A stretch of 64,000 bases of DNA from Candidatus Latescibacterota bacterium (GCA_965198115.1 OZ240241.1:2496001-2560000); one strand, 5' to 3'; shown: positions 10,071-20,033, counted from the first letter of the stretch. The notes: generated by a model not told the origin, from the letters alone. Numbers and translations are program-made.

Positions 10071-10779
10071 GGTCGTTTCCCCTGTAGAGATGTTCGCCTG
10101 CGATGAGTATCGTCTTGGTGTCCTCCACACCCGCAAACTCATCGACAGCGTGGAAGCCGAAAGTCATGCTCATACGCGTCTCCGTCGTCGTGTTCGTCCC
10201 GATGCGGTGGTAAATGAGACTGTCGAGCAGGAGCAGACCACCTGGGGGCATCGGCACCGGCACCGACTGATCGAGGAGGCCGGATGCAGCGATGACTGGA
10301 TCGTCCCCCACGCCTCTGCCCGGATCCAGACCAGGCCAGAAGTGGGACCCGGGTACGACGCACGTAGATCCGTTCTCGACTGTCGTCCGTTCCAGAAAGA
10401 AGATGATCGTCACAATGGCACGGGTCCATTGCAGGTTGTCGCGATGGAACGCATCCGGCCGAATGTCGGAGGGGTTGAATGTCAGGTGGTTGTGCCGGTT
10501 CCGTCGGACGACAATGTTGGGCCCGAGCACCGAACGAAGCGGCTCGACGACGACGGGCAACCGGATCGACCGCTCGAAGATCGGATCGCGCTCGAGCGCC
10601 TTCGACAACCGCACGCCCCTCCCCTTTTCGTTCCGCACGACGGGTTCGACCTCCCGGGCAAGATGGTCGTACGCCAGGTTCCGGAGCTCTTCCACGAGGT
10701 TATCCGGTAGCCGGTCCCGGAGTTTCAAGTATCCGTTGTGCCTGAACAGACGGATCTCTTGGGGCGAAAGCTCAGCCAC
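10063..10779 (-). CDS. Phytanoyl-CoA dioxygenase (PhyH) family Fe(II)/2OG oxygenase
   Basis: F..NGYL, HRD, ENG.T.VVPGSH, distal H followed by N..R; GTG 10779. Confidence 0.9.
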   Translation of the reverse strand: MAELSPQEIRLFRHNGYLKLRDRLPDNLVEELRNLAYDHLAREVEPVVRNEKGRGVRLSKALERDPIFERSIRLPVVVEPLRSVLGPNIVVRRNRHNHLTFNPSDIRPDAFHRDNLQWTRAIVTIIFFLERTTVENGSTCVVPGSHFWPGLDPGRGVGDDPVIAASGLLDQSVPVPMPPGGLLLLDSLIYHRIGTNTTTETRMSMTFGFHAVDEFAGVEDTKTILIAGEHLYRGNDRG

Positions 10780-11793
10780 GGATCTCCTCGACCTGTAGAA
10801 TTGCGAATCGGAGTCGTTCGTAAGGTCCCTCGTCGCCACACTCGTAAAGACAGCCCACGCGATCGTCCGGCAGAGCGACGAGGTCCGAGTAGGCAGCTGG
10901 ACCGGCGTATAAGACGAAACCTCCGGTCCAGGAGCCGCCGCCGTCGTCACTGAATTTGAGCGTCATCTTTTCACGATCTGTGCTGGCCAGGTTCGAGAAA
11001 ACGAGCCCATCGGCGACCTCGACCAGACTGGCCTGACAGATCGGCTCGATCAGCGCATCTTCCTTCCGAAACCCCGAAAACGTCTCACCCGCGTCCGAAC
11101 TCCACGCAACACCCCGCGCGTTCCAGCCGCGGTAATTTCGACAGTTGATATAAACGCGGTCGTCCTCGAGAAGCGCAACGGCGCATTCGTTTGTCCCTTC
11201 ATCCACGATTCCCCCAATGCTCCAGGTCTCGCCACCGTCGTCGCTCACGATGACGTGCGAATGATACGGGTCGGCCTGGCGGTCGAAATAGACCCCCACC
11301 ATGTGGTCGCAAGGGATGACCAGGCGGCCCGAAGGCAATTGGATGCCGTGACCCGGGCCGGTCGCATACCAGGTCCAGGCCGCGTCCTTCGCCTCCGCCG
11401 TCACCTCCTGAGGCGATGACCAGGATGCGCCGTCGTCGCTGCGGGAGACCCAGACCGTTCGGGGTCCACGCCCCTCGGTGATCCCGTCTCCCCGATATCG
11501 CCGATGTTTTTACAAAAAGTCAGGACAACGCGACCGGACTCGTGGTCGACCACGGGACAGGGGTTCCCACACGTCATGCCCGCTTCCGTCACGACGACCC
11601 GGGAATCCGACCACGTATCCCCGCCGTCATCACTCCACCGGGACAGCAAATCGATCAGACCGGTGTCGCTTTGGCTGTCACGCCGCCCCTCGCAGAAGGC
11701 CAGGAGACGACCCGATGGGGATGCTGCCAGCGCCGGGATCCGATAGGTGTGATAGTCACCCTCGCCGCTCACCCAGAGATCCAGATCTCTCAC
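10772..11793 (-). CDS. GH33 sialidase-family protein without signal peptide (frameshift at about 11485)
   Basis: YRIP motif, four Asp boxes (SDDGG.TW), TGPGHGIQL, NECA, AYSDL, LYE. Confidence 0.9.
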
Positions 11794-11813
11794 GGTTCTG
11801 TCCTCCCGTTAGC

Positions 11814-11842
11814 TTGACACGTCCTGACACGGCGCCTACACT
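11814..11842 (+). promoter_or_regulatory. sigma70-type promoter of the MFS gene
   Basis: TTGACA-N17-TACACT. Confidence 0.6.
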
Positions 11843-11861
11843 CGGCTTGAACGGAGCCCCA

Positions 11862-13046
11862 TTGAAGCCACGAAACCCTCTCATCCTCGCCGTCTACGTC
11901 CCGAGTGCCCTGCTCGCCGTCTGTCAGGGCATGATGATCCCGGTCCTGCCGATCTTTGCCAGGACGTTCGATGCCTCCTACGGTGTCGTCGGTCTCGTCC
12001 TGGCTGCCGAGGCGATCGGACAGATCTTCGGCGACGTCCCCGTCGGCGCCCTCATCCGAAGGCTCGGACGCAACCATACGATGCGTCTGGGCGTGGGGAT
12101 CGTCTTCCTGAGCGTCGTTGCGCTCTATTGGACCTAGACCGTCTACCAGATGGTCGGCCTCCGCCTGTTGACAGGGTTCGGCCACGCCGTGTGGAACGTG
12201 TCCCGCCACACCTACCTGACCGAGGTCACCGCCACCCACAGGCGGGGTCGCGCCATCGCCATCTTCGGAGGTGTGGGCAGGATCGGCGGTTTCATCGGAC
12301 CCGCAGCGGGGGGCGCCATCGCCGCCCACGCAGGTCTGCGGGCTCCCTTTCTGGCCTTCGCCGCGGTCGCGGTCGTCGTCATCCTCATAACCCTGTTCGG
12401 GCTGGCCCCCGACCGGCGCACACCCGCTTCCGGCGGACAGAAGGTCTTTCCCATCTGGGATGTGTTCAACGCACACCGTGCGATCCTGGCCAGGGCGGGC
12501 ACCGGGCAATTTATCGCCCAGACGGTCCGTGCGGGTCGCTCGGTCATCGTCCCGCTCTACGGCGCCGACATCATTGGGCTCGACGTCCAGGCAATCGGCC
12601 TCATCCTGAGCGCGTCCTCGTTCGTCGACATGTCCCTGTTCTACCCGGCTGGACTCATCATGGATCGATTCGGACGAAAATTCGCGATCGTACCGAGTTT
12701 TTTCCTGCAGACGCTGGGCACGGCGTGCATCCCGTTCACGGGTGGATTCTTTTCTCTGATGGTGGCCACGGGGGTGATCGGTGTGGGAAACGGTCTTAGC
12801 TCGGGTTCAATGATGACACTCGGTGCAGACCTCGCCCCGAAGGACAACGTGGGAGACTTCCTGGGTGTCTGGCGTTTTGTCGGCGATGGCGGGCGGATGG
12901 GGAGTCCGCTGCTCGTGGGGGCGATATCCGACGTCGTCGGGCTCCAGCCCGCGACGCTGGCGATCGCGGGCGCCGGACTGATCAGTTGTGGAATCTTCGC
13001 CCTTCTGGTGCCCGAAACCCTCGAGCGAGCCAGCGAAATGCAATAA
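11862..13046 (+). CDS. MFS transporter with an internal in-frame TAG (12135-12137)
   Basis: ORFs 11478-12137 and 12150-13046 share one frame; motif A twice (GALIRRLGRN, GLIMDRFGRK); about 12 TM segments when joined. Confidence 0.85.
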
Positions 13047-13095
13047 TACGCCCGCGTAACTACGGTGTCAAAGCGGGGAAGGCGAAAGCAAACAG

Positions 13096-13127
13096 AAAGG
13101 CACGGAACCCGAGGGTCCCGTGCCTTT
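13096..13127. terminator. Terminator between the convergent MFS and flagellin genes
   Basis: AAAGGCACGGAACC-CGAG-GGTCCCGTGCCTTT hairpin with a U-rich tail on the minus strand. Confidence 0.75.
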
Positions 13128-13150
13128 ACCTACGCAGGGCTCGGCCAAGT

Positions 13151-14348
13151 TTACCCGAGTAGGGTCAGCGCGTTCTGCGGGAGGACGTTGGCCTGCGCCA
13201 GCAGGGCCGTCGTCGACTGCGTCAGAATCTGCGCCGTCGTGAACTCGGTGACCTCGAGCGGGACATCGGCATCACGGATGCCTGATTCGGAGGCCGTGTT
13301 GTTCTCGATCGAGTTTTCCTGGTTGCGGAGGGTGTGACCCATGCGATTCTGGAAAGCACCCAGATCGCCTCGAACCTGTGCAACGTTCGTAATCGCCAGC
13401 TCGAGCGTCGAAATCGCGGCCTGAGCAGACGGCTGCGTCGTGATCGACAAGGTGCCGAGGTTCAGGAAGGCACCTGACGCCCGCAGATCGCGAATGTTCA
13501 CCTCGATGCGGTTGGTAGAGGCGTCATCGGGGCCAATCTGGAACTGTCCACCCGTGCCAGAGTTGACGACGAAGGTCAAACCATCTAGATCGCCATCGCG
13601 GTAGCCGTCCGTGGCCGGGTTGATCCCCTCAGCCGCCTTCACACCGCTCAGCGTCAGCGACACGCCGATACGGTCGAAATTCGCGATGATCGACGATCCC
13701 GTCGCCACCACGCCACCGGTGCCGGCGTCGGCATCGAGGGCCGAACCGATGTCGATGGTTTGGGTGACGGTACCGTTGCCCCAGCGTGATCTGGTTATCC
13801 GTCGCGACGCTGTCGATGAAGGTGTAGGTTCCGGCCTGCGCGGACGAGATCGAGGCAGTGAGCAGACCCGTCGTGGGAGAGGCCAGAGACGTGGAGACCG
13901 TGGGATCCTTGTCGACCGTGTTACCGAACCCGGTCAGGATCACCTGATTGTTGTAGGACGTAACGTTCGCGATTCGATCGATTTCATTCGCGAGCTGGAC
14001 GACCTCGGCGTTGAGCGACTCTCGGTTCGTGTTGTTGATCGTCGACGATGCCGACGCAACAGCGAGTTCACGCATCCGGATGAGCATGGCGCTCACCTCG
14101 TTCAGCGCGCCTTCGGCCGTTTGGATCAGGTTGATCGCTTGCTCCGTGTTTCGGTTGGCCTGCATCATGCCGCCAATTTCGGCGCGCATCCCTTCCGAAA
14201 CACTGAGTCCGGAGGCGTCATCCGCCGCCCGGTTGATCTTCAGACCCGACGAAAGACGTTCGAGCCGCATCGCCAGGTTTTTGTTGTTAATCTTCCCGAT
14301 CCGTTGAACGTTGATGGATGGGACGTTGGTGTTGACTCTGAGTGGCAT
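13151..14348 (-). CDS. fliC: Flagellin (frameshift at about 13780)
   Basis: N-terminus RVNTN..ERLSSGLKINRAADDASGL; C-terminus RGDLGAFQNR..SGIRDAD..AQANVLPQNALTLLG; RBS AAGGAGG. Confidence 0.96.
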
Positions 14349-14353
14349 CAAAA

Positions 14354-14404
14354 CCTCCTTGTTCTCTCGCGAGCGTCAGCGCTCGCTGCCGGCGTCCGTG
14401 CCGG
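14354..14404 (-). promoter_or_regulatory. Putative CsrA-binding sites in the flagellin leader
   Basis: Hairpin CCGGC-ACGGAC-GCCGG with ANGGA in the loop, plus ACAAGGAGG overlapping the SD sequence. Confidence 0.6.
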
Positions 14405-14535
14405 ATTCCCCCTTTTGAAACCGAAGCAGTAGGTTGTGTTTTCTCCGACCAACCTCCTTTTGTGGTATCACTTAGTATTTCTTGCTTCGACGTTATTGTG
14501 TGTTAGCGATTGTTTTTCAAGCACTTACGTGTTGT

Positions 14536-14562
14536 ATATCGTCTTAGTCCCAAACTGCTTTA
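14536..14562 (-). promoter_or_regulatory. sigma28 (FliA) promoter of flagellin
   Basis: TAAA-N15-GACGATAT, compared with consensus TAAA-N15-GCCGATAA. Confidence 0.7.
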
Positions 14563-14590
14563 GGGGTTTTTCGGTATAGGCTTCAGGGCG

Positions 14591-14605
14591 TGGAACAGAA
14601 ATTGC
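14591..14605 (+). promoter_or_regulatory. sigma54-type promoter pointing toward the fliN-like gene
   Basis: TGGAAC-AGAAA-TTGC (GG-N10-GC). Confidence 0.55.
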
Positions 14606-14632
14606 CTTGATATGCATCGGCGTAGACGCTAA

Positions 14633-16261
14633 CCTGAATTATGCATAAAAAAGGTAGTCTCCTTGTACAAGTGTTTGTTTTTCCCTACATTAGGGCTGAC
14701 ACATCAAAACAACACTTGGAAGGAACTACCGTGATAGAACCTAGTCAGATCCGGTTACCATTCGCAAGCATTTCGGGCAAGGTAGTTGAGGCTGATTTTG
14801 CCGGTGGCGCCGTCAGGAGTGACGGTGGAGTTCTGTTGCTTCGCGCCCTTGAGTCTCAGATGGGATTGATCGCCAGAATGGTAGATGCTTTGCGAGATCG
14901 TCGTCACCCAAGCTATATCGATCACACGCTTTTGGATCTTGTGAAGCAGCGTGTTTTTCAGATCGCTTGCGGCTATGAAGATGCCGTCGATTGTGATGAT
15001 TTGCGCCACGATCCGGGCGTCAAGGCTGCCTGCGATCGGCTTCCTCTTTCCGGTCCTGATCTCGGGAGCCAATCAACGATGACACGACTTGAGAATGATG
15101 TGCGACGCTCGGATTTGTATCGGCTCGCACGGGCTTTTGTAGACGGGTTCATCGCATCGTATGACCAGGCACCCCCAAGCATCATTCTCGATATCGACGA
15201 CACGGATGACCCAACGCACGGTGCGCAACAATTTTCACTCTTCAACGCGTATTACAATGAACACTGCTATATGCCGCTACATATCTATGAAGGCCAAAGC
15301 GGCAAGCTCATTACGACGATCTTGAGACCCGGGCATCCGACGAACGGTAAACAGGTCGTTTCTATTCTCAAGCGCTTGGTGGAACACCTACGCGGATCTT
15401 GGCCAAACGTGGAGATCATCGTTCGCGCAGACTCAAAGTTCAGCTCACCAGAGATGCACGATTTCTGCGAAGACAACGGTATCTACTACGTTCTGGGCCA
15501 GGGCGCCAACTCCAAGCTCAAAGCGGCTGGACAAAACCTGATGGACCAAGCGCTACGTCTGAGCGAGCATAAGGAGACGATTCGCTTGTTCTCATCCTTC
15601 TCATATCAGGCTGGCACCTACCGGTAGCCTCGCCGGATCATTCACAAGGCTGAAGTCACAAACGGCGAAGCAAATCCAAGATACCGCGTGACCAATTTAC
15701 AGAGTAATCGAGACGGCTTTATCTATGATCGTATCTACTGCGCAAGGGGACGCACGGAAGGCTTCATCAAGGACCACAAAACATTCCTTCACTCCGATCG
15801 AACATCGTGCCACAAGTTTGAAGCCAACCAGTTCCGACTCTTTCTACACAGTGCTGCATACGCCTTGCTTCACGCACTCCGATCACAGGGACTCAAGGGC
15901 ACCGCGTGGACCAAACCTCAGGTCAACACGATACAGAACCGTTTCCTCAAAATCGGCGCGAGAGTCATTGAAAGCGCACGAAGAATCCGATTCCATTTTC
16001 CAACATCGTATCCACTCAAAAACGTCTTGGTGTCAATCATCACCAGGCTCGAAACGAACACGCAGTAACAACGCCGATCTATACCGGGGACAGCTATGTA
16101 CACGTCGCAAAACAACACCTGTTCCGGACGAAAATCGTGACTCTTGCGACTCGTAGAGACCGCTTACGGGACCTTGGACATCCGAAGAAGCCGAGAACAA
16201 ATCCTGTGCGTGATCACATCACTCCAAAACAACCTAAACTCAAATTCATGCATGATTCAGG
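14633..16261 (+). mobile_element. IS1380-family insertion sequence
   Basis: IRs CCTGAATTATGCATAAA / CCTGAATCATGCATGAA (15/17); 4-bp target duplication CTAA at 14629-14632 and 16262-16265; lower GC than flanks. Confidence 0.93.
14641..16068 (+). pseudogene. IS1380 DDE transposase with an in-frame TAG at 15625-15627
   Basis: SDGG, GYED..D...LRHDP, LDIDDTDD.THG.QQ, RADS, Y..RG..E..IK motifs; both ORFs in the same frame; start could be GTG 14731. Confidence 0.9.
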
Positions 16262-16315
16262 CTAAAATCATACATCCTTGATTTACAACACATTATCGAA
16301 AATGTGGAGGTCGTC

Positions 16316-16837
16316 GTGGCGGAAGAAAATGACGCCCAAGACCAAGATGTAGAAGCCGAAATGCTCCGCATGATGCAGGAGGAGCTGGGTGGAGACGACG
16401 CTGAAGGCGGAGAGGAGGCCGCTGCCGAAGGCGGTGGTGACGGCATCGACAACATGCTCGAGCAGGAAATGCTCAAGGCGATGGAAACCGAGGGGGGCGG
16501 GCTCGACGACAGCGCTGGCGGCGATCCAATGGCCGCTCTGGCCGCGCTCGGCCCTGCGATGGACGCCGCGAGCGCGCCGGAAGTCGAAGGGATCGATCGG
16601 CTGACCGACGTCGATGTGGAGATTACGGTCGAACTAGGCGAGAATCACATCGCCATCGCCGACATCATGGGGTGGACGAAGGACTCGGTGGTCGAATTGC
16701 TCGACGAGGAGAGCGAGCCGGTAAACGTGATGCTCAACGGAACGCCGTTCGCCAAGGGCGAGATCGTCGTCGTCGGCGATACGTTCGGCATCCGAATCAA
16801 GGAACTGCTCGAGCCGCCCGATCAGGCCGCGGGGTAG
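16316..16837 (+). CDS. fliN: FliM/FliN-family flagellar switch protein with an acidic N-terminus
   Basis: C-terminal SpoA domain DVDVEITVELG..PV.V.LNG..FAKGEIVVVGDTFGIRI; RBS GGAGG before GTG 16316. Confidence 0.88.
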   Translation: MAEENDAQDQDVEAEMLRMMQEELGGDDAEGGEEAAAEGGGDGIDNMLEQEMLKAMETEGGGLDDSAGGDPMAALAALGPAMDAASAPEVEGIDRLTDVDVEITVELGENHIAIADIMGWTKDSVVELLDEESEPVNVMLNGTPFAKGEIVVVGDTFGIRIKELLEPPDQAAG

Positions 16838-16847
16838 GCCTTTTACC

Positions 16848-17414
16848 TCAGTTTTCTTCGAAATAGCCGGTGTTGGCCTGCATGTAGAAAGAGGGGAAGT
16901 AGACCTCCATCACCTGCCCCTCATACAGAAAATCGTTCAACCGCTGTTTGATCTCATCTTTTACGACTTCCCTGCCCTCCCGCGTTCTGAGCTGCTGGGG
17001 TGTGGCGCCGCTAATCGCCGCAATGACCTGATCTCGAACACGGTCGATGTTGTCCTCGTGTTCGATCTCGCTTGCGGCCCCTGACGGGCCCACCGCAACC
17101 GTCACGGATGCCACCAGAAACACACGTGCGGCCGCCGCCCTCGGGTTTACGACCACTTCACCAAGATCCACGCTCGCCTCGGGTTCGTCACCCTCGGGAA
17201 GGGTGCGCACACGCCCGGACTCGTCCGCCTCAACCAGCGGCTCATCGCCCCGCGACAGCTGCCAACGGACCAGGTAGTAGCCTCCGGCTGCCTGCAGCAG
17301 CAGAACGACCAGAATCAGCGGAAGATACCGGAGTGCACTCCCCTTTTGGGACGGCGGTGGCGGTGCGGGTGGTGCCTCTTCTTCGGCTTCCTGTTCTTCC
17401 TCTTCCTCAGCCAA
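16848..17414 (-). CDS. fliL: Flagellar basal body-associated FliL family protein
   Basis: One TM segment, then LGEVVVNP, RVRDQVI..L.T.EG...VK.EI..RLN..V.EVYF. Confidence 0.88.
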   Translation of the reverse strand: MAEEEEEQEAEEEAPPAPPPPSQKGSALRYLPLILVVLLLQAAGGYYLVRWQLSRGDEPLVEADESGRVRTLPEGDEPEASVDLGEVVVNPRAAAARVFLVASVTVAVGPSGAASEIEHEDNIDRVRDQVIAAISGATPQQLRTREGREVVKDEIKQRLNDFLYEGQVMEVYFPSFYMQANTGYFEEN

Positions 17415-17429
17415 GGTTGTCCCCGGTCC

Positions 17430-17750
17430 TTATTCGTCTTCGGACGGTAAATCGACCCGGTGGCGCGTGGGCCTCCTCCCATCATCTTTCCGCAGCCCTT
17501 TCACACGACCCTTCAGTGCGGCCTCTCTGTCCTCGGCAGCCTTGACCGCATCTCGGGCTGATTGAAGCTCCTTCTGTTTCTCCTCGTTGTCCCTGTCGTA
17601 GCGATCGGCCTGAGAGCGAACATCGGCCGTCGAATTGTTCAGATTCGCGACCTGCTCGTCATAGCGCGCCAGCTGACGCTTGAAAACGACGACCATCTGA
17701 AAGGCCCAAAAGACGAACGCCAGGATGAGGACGAGCAGAATCCAGTCCAC
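17430..17750 (-). CDS. Hypothetical membrane-anchored coiled-coil protein
   Basis: N-terminal TM plus charged heptad-like region; directly upstream of fliL. Confidence 0.7.
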   Translation of the reverse strand: MDWILLVLILAFVFWAFQMVVVFKRQLARYDEQVANLNNSTADVRSQADRYDRDNEEKQKELQSARDAVKAAEDREAALKGRVKGLRKDDGRRPTRHRVDLPSEDE

Positions 17751-17768
17751 GCGGATCTCACAATGACT

Positions 17769-17797
17769 TTGACAGGATACGTCGGGCGTCCTACACT
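17769..17797 (+). promoter_or_regulatory. sigma70-type promoter
   Basis: TTGACA-N17-TACACT. Confidence 0.6.
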
Positions 17798-17859
17798 CCA
17801 ACCCCGCCTGGATAGACGCCCACGCGCATCCCGAATCCGATTACGCCTGCAACCCGACG

Positions 17860-18552
17860 ATGCCCCCACGCATATCCCTCATCATTCCCGTGTTCAACGA
17901 GCAGGATGCGATTCAGAGCGTCCTCTCGGACCTCCCCGAAGGGCTCCTCACAGAGGTCATCGTCGTCGACAACGGCTCCACCGACCGAACCGCGCAGCTC
18001 GCTCGAGAAATGGGGGCCCGCGTCGTCGTCGAAGCACGACGCGGCTACGGCAGCGCCTGCCTGGCCGGCATCGCAGCAGCGGATTCACCCGACATTCTCG
18101 CCTTCATCGACGGGGACTACAGCGATTTTCCGGGAGAAATCACGTCGGTCGTCGACCCGATTTTGGCAGGCCACGCCGACCTCGTCATCGGGTCTCGCGT
18201 GCTCGGGGAAAGGGAGCCCGGCGCCCTCCTGCCGCAGGCCCGATTCGGAAACTGGCTGGCCACGTTACTCATCGAGGCCCTCTTCGGGCTCCGGTTCACC
18301 GATCTGGGGCCGTTCAGGGCCGTGACCCGCTGCGCCTTGGAAGCCATGCGAATGGCCGACACCACGTTCGGCTGGACCGTCGAAATGCAGGTCAAGGCCG
18401 CGTTGCTGCGACTCCGAGTCTGCGAAGTTCCCACGCGCTACCGGCGTAGAATCGGTGTGTCGAAGATCACGGGGACGCTTCAAGGCACTGTCCGAGCCGG
18501 CTGTAAGATCCTTTTCACGATCTTCAAACACGCAGCCCACCCAACGGCGTAA
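17860..18552 (+). CDS. Glycosyltransferase family 2 (DPM1-like)
   Basis: IIPVFNE, VVDNGSTD, RGYG, DGD, GSR, TDLGPFRA. Confidence 0.93.
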   Translation: MPPRISLIIPVFNEQDAIQSVLSDLPEGLLTEVIVVDNGSTDRTAQLAREMGARVVVEARRGYGSACLAGIAAADSPDILAFIDGDYSDFPGEITSVVDPILAGHADLVIGSRVLGEREPGALLPQARFGNWLATLLIEALFGLRFTDLGPFRAVTRCALEAMRMADTTFGWTVEMQVKAALLRLRVCEVPTRYRRRIGVSKITGTLQGTVRAGCKILFTIFKHAAHPTA

Positions 18553-18558
18553 CGACCT

Positions 18559-18993
18559 CTATTCGGGTTGATGGCGAAGCATGTAACGAATGACCTTGGC
18601 GAATCGCTCCGCACCTTGCTTGCTGATCTTGTAGTCCTCCTGGCGGCGGGCGATCTCCCGGATGGCGAAAAGGAACCGGGATCTGGGCGGGCCATTGAGC
18701 TCGACGACCGGCAAGGAAACACGGCGGGGTTGCACCTCCACCGCCTCGGTCGGTTCGGGTTTGGCCCTGGGCTGAAGACGTTCGTCCTCTGGCCAGTAGC
18801 GCAGGAATGCGTAAACCGTCAGGGCAACCAGCACGATCGACGCGAAGGTCGAAGCAACCACGAACAGACCGTAATAGGCGGCTGCGACGGCCCCGAGTCC
18901 GACCGCGATCAGAAACCAATAGCCCAGGTGGTCGGCGAGTGTCTGGGTGACCCCCTTCGCCTCACCCTCCGGATTGCGCTTCCACCACTTCAT
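18559..18993 (-). CDS. Hypothetical two-TM membrane protein coupled to zapA
   Basis: ATG 18993 overlaps the zapA stop (ATGA); two hydrophobic segments. Confidence 0.7.
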   Translation of the reverse strand: MKWWKRNPEGEAKGVTQTLADHLGYWFLIAVGLGAVAAAYYGLFVVASTFASIVLVALTVYAFLRYWPEDERLQPRAKPEPTEAVEVQPRRVSLPVVELNGPPRSRFLFAIREIARRQEDYKISKQGAERFAKVIRYMLRHQPE

Positions 18994-19283
18994 CGGCCTG
19001 TCTCTGCCTCGTTCATCGATTGGGTAAGACGCACGCGACCCTCTTCGGCGGCCTGGACATCGGCCGTCCGTCGATCGCGGCAACTCATTATTTCATCGGC
19101 AATCTCGAGGGCGGTCATGATCGCAATCTTCCCGGTATCCGCCAGATTCTGGTGTTCGGCGACTTCGGTCATTCTACGGTCGACGTAGTCCGCGATGTCA
19201 CGCGCGTAAGTCGGATCGTGCTCGCTCAACAGGGTGTAGGTTCGACCAAAAATCTCGACGTCGATGGTGTTTTCTTCGGACAA
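18990..19283 (-). CDS. zapA: Cell division protein ZapA
   Basis: VEIFGRTYTL..IADYVDRRM..KIAIMTAL.IADE; promoter TTGACA-N17-TAAGAT at 19330-19358. Confidence 0.92.
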   Translation of the reverse strand: MSEENTIDVEIFGRTYTLLSEHDPTYARDIADYVDRRMTEVAEHQNLADTGKIAIMTALEIADEIMSCRDRRTADVQAAEEGRVRLTQSMNEAETGR

Positions 19284-19387
19284 GGAGTCACTCCGCGTAA
19301 GACGACATCAAGCCCACAATCCCGCAAAAATCTTAGCACGCCCGTTTCGGCATGTCAAGCCGGCACATTTTCTGATCGAACACTAAC

Positions 19388-19415
19388 TAAAGATTCATCT
19401 CCCTCCTGCCGATAA
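19388..19415 (+). promoter_or_regulatory. sigma28 (FliA) promoter
   Basis: TAAA-N16-GCCGATAA with a perfect -10 box. Confidence 0.7.
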
Positions 19416-19493
19416 GGAGAGAGAGGGGCCAACCACCCCTGCCTTCGCACTCGCGTGGGCAAGCTGAAAAGTCGGGTAACGAGGACAGAACAG

Positions 19494-19958
19494 ATGCCAT
19501 CTGTCTCTGCGCCTGGGTCAGGCGCATCATTCGATCGAATCGAACCCCTACCGCCTTCCGAAGAGGCCGTGGAGGGCGAAGTCGACATAGACATTTCCGG
19601 AGACCCGGCCGAAGACACCGTCGACCTCGGAAACCAGCCGCCCTCCCCCGGTGCGTACGGCCCCAATTCGACAGACGATCGCTTCCGATTCGACCTGGCC
19701 AACGGCATGCTCAACGGCGAGGGTCGCTTCAGGGCGGTCGTCAACCGATCGCGCGGCATCGCCGCGCAGACCTACGAACAACGCGCTTCGGTCGGAGTCC
19801 AGGTGACGCGTGGGCTCACGGGAAGTCGGAGCGCGATGTTCAGTCTCCTCTTTTCGAACGCTGACCCCAATCGCGCCGAGGCCGGCTCACACGTCGAAGC
19901 TCGGGCGGAATTCGCGCGAATCGCCGATCAGAATCTCGAACTGCTCAACCTGCTGTAG
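19494..19958 (+). CDS. Hypothetical protein, putative sigma28 regulon member
   Basis: ATG 19494 after GAGGA; disordered acidic N-terminus and helical C-terminus. Confidence 0.7.
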   Translation: MPSVSAPGSGASFDRIEPLPPSEEAVEGEVDIDISGDPAEDTVDLGNQPPSPGAYGPNSTDDRFRFDLANGMLNGEGRFRAVVNRSRGIAAQTYEQRASVGVQVTRGLTGSRSAMFSLLFSNADPNRAEAGSHVEARAEFARIADQNLELLNLL

Positions 19959-20033
19959 GTCGACCAACCTCTCGTGACACGAAAAAGAGCGACGGCTATG
20001 CCGTCGCTCTTCCCATTCCCGCGATCGATCTCA

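Noticed and set aside
19330-19358. TTAGCAC as a CIRCE element
   Set aside because: No second arm; better explained as the zapA -10 region on the minus strand.
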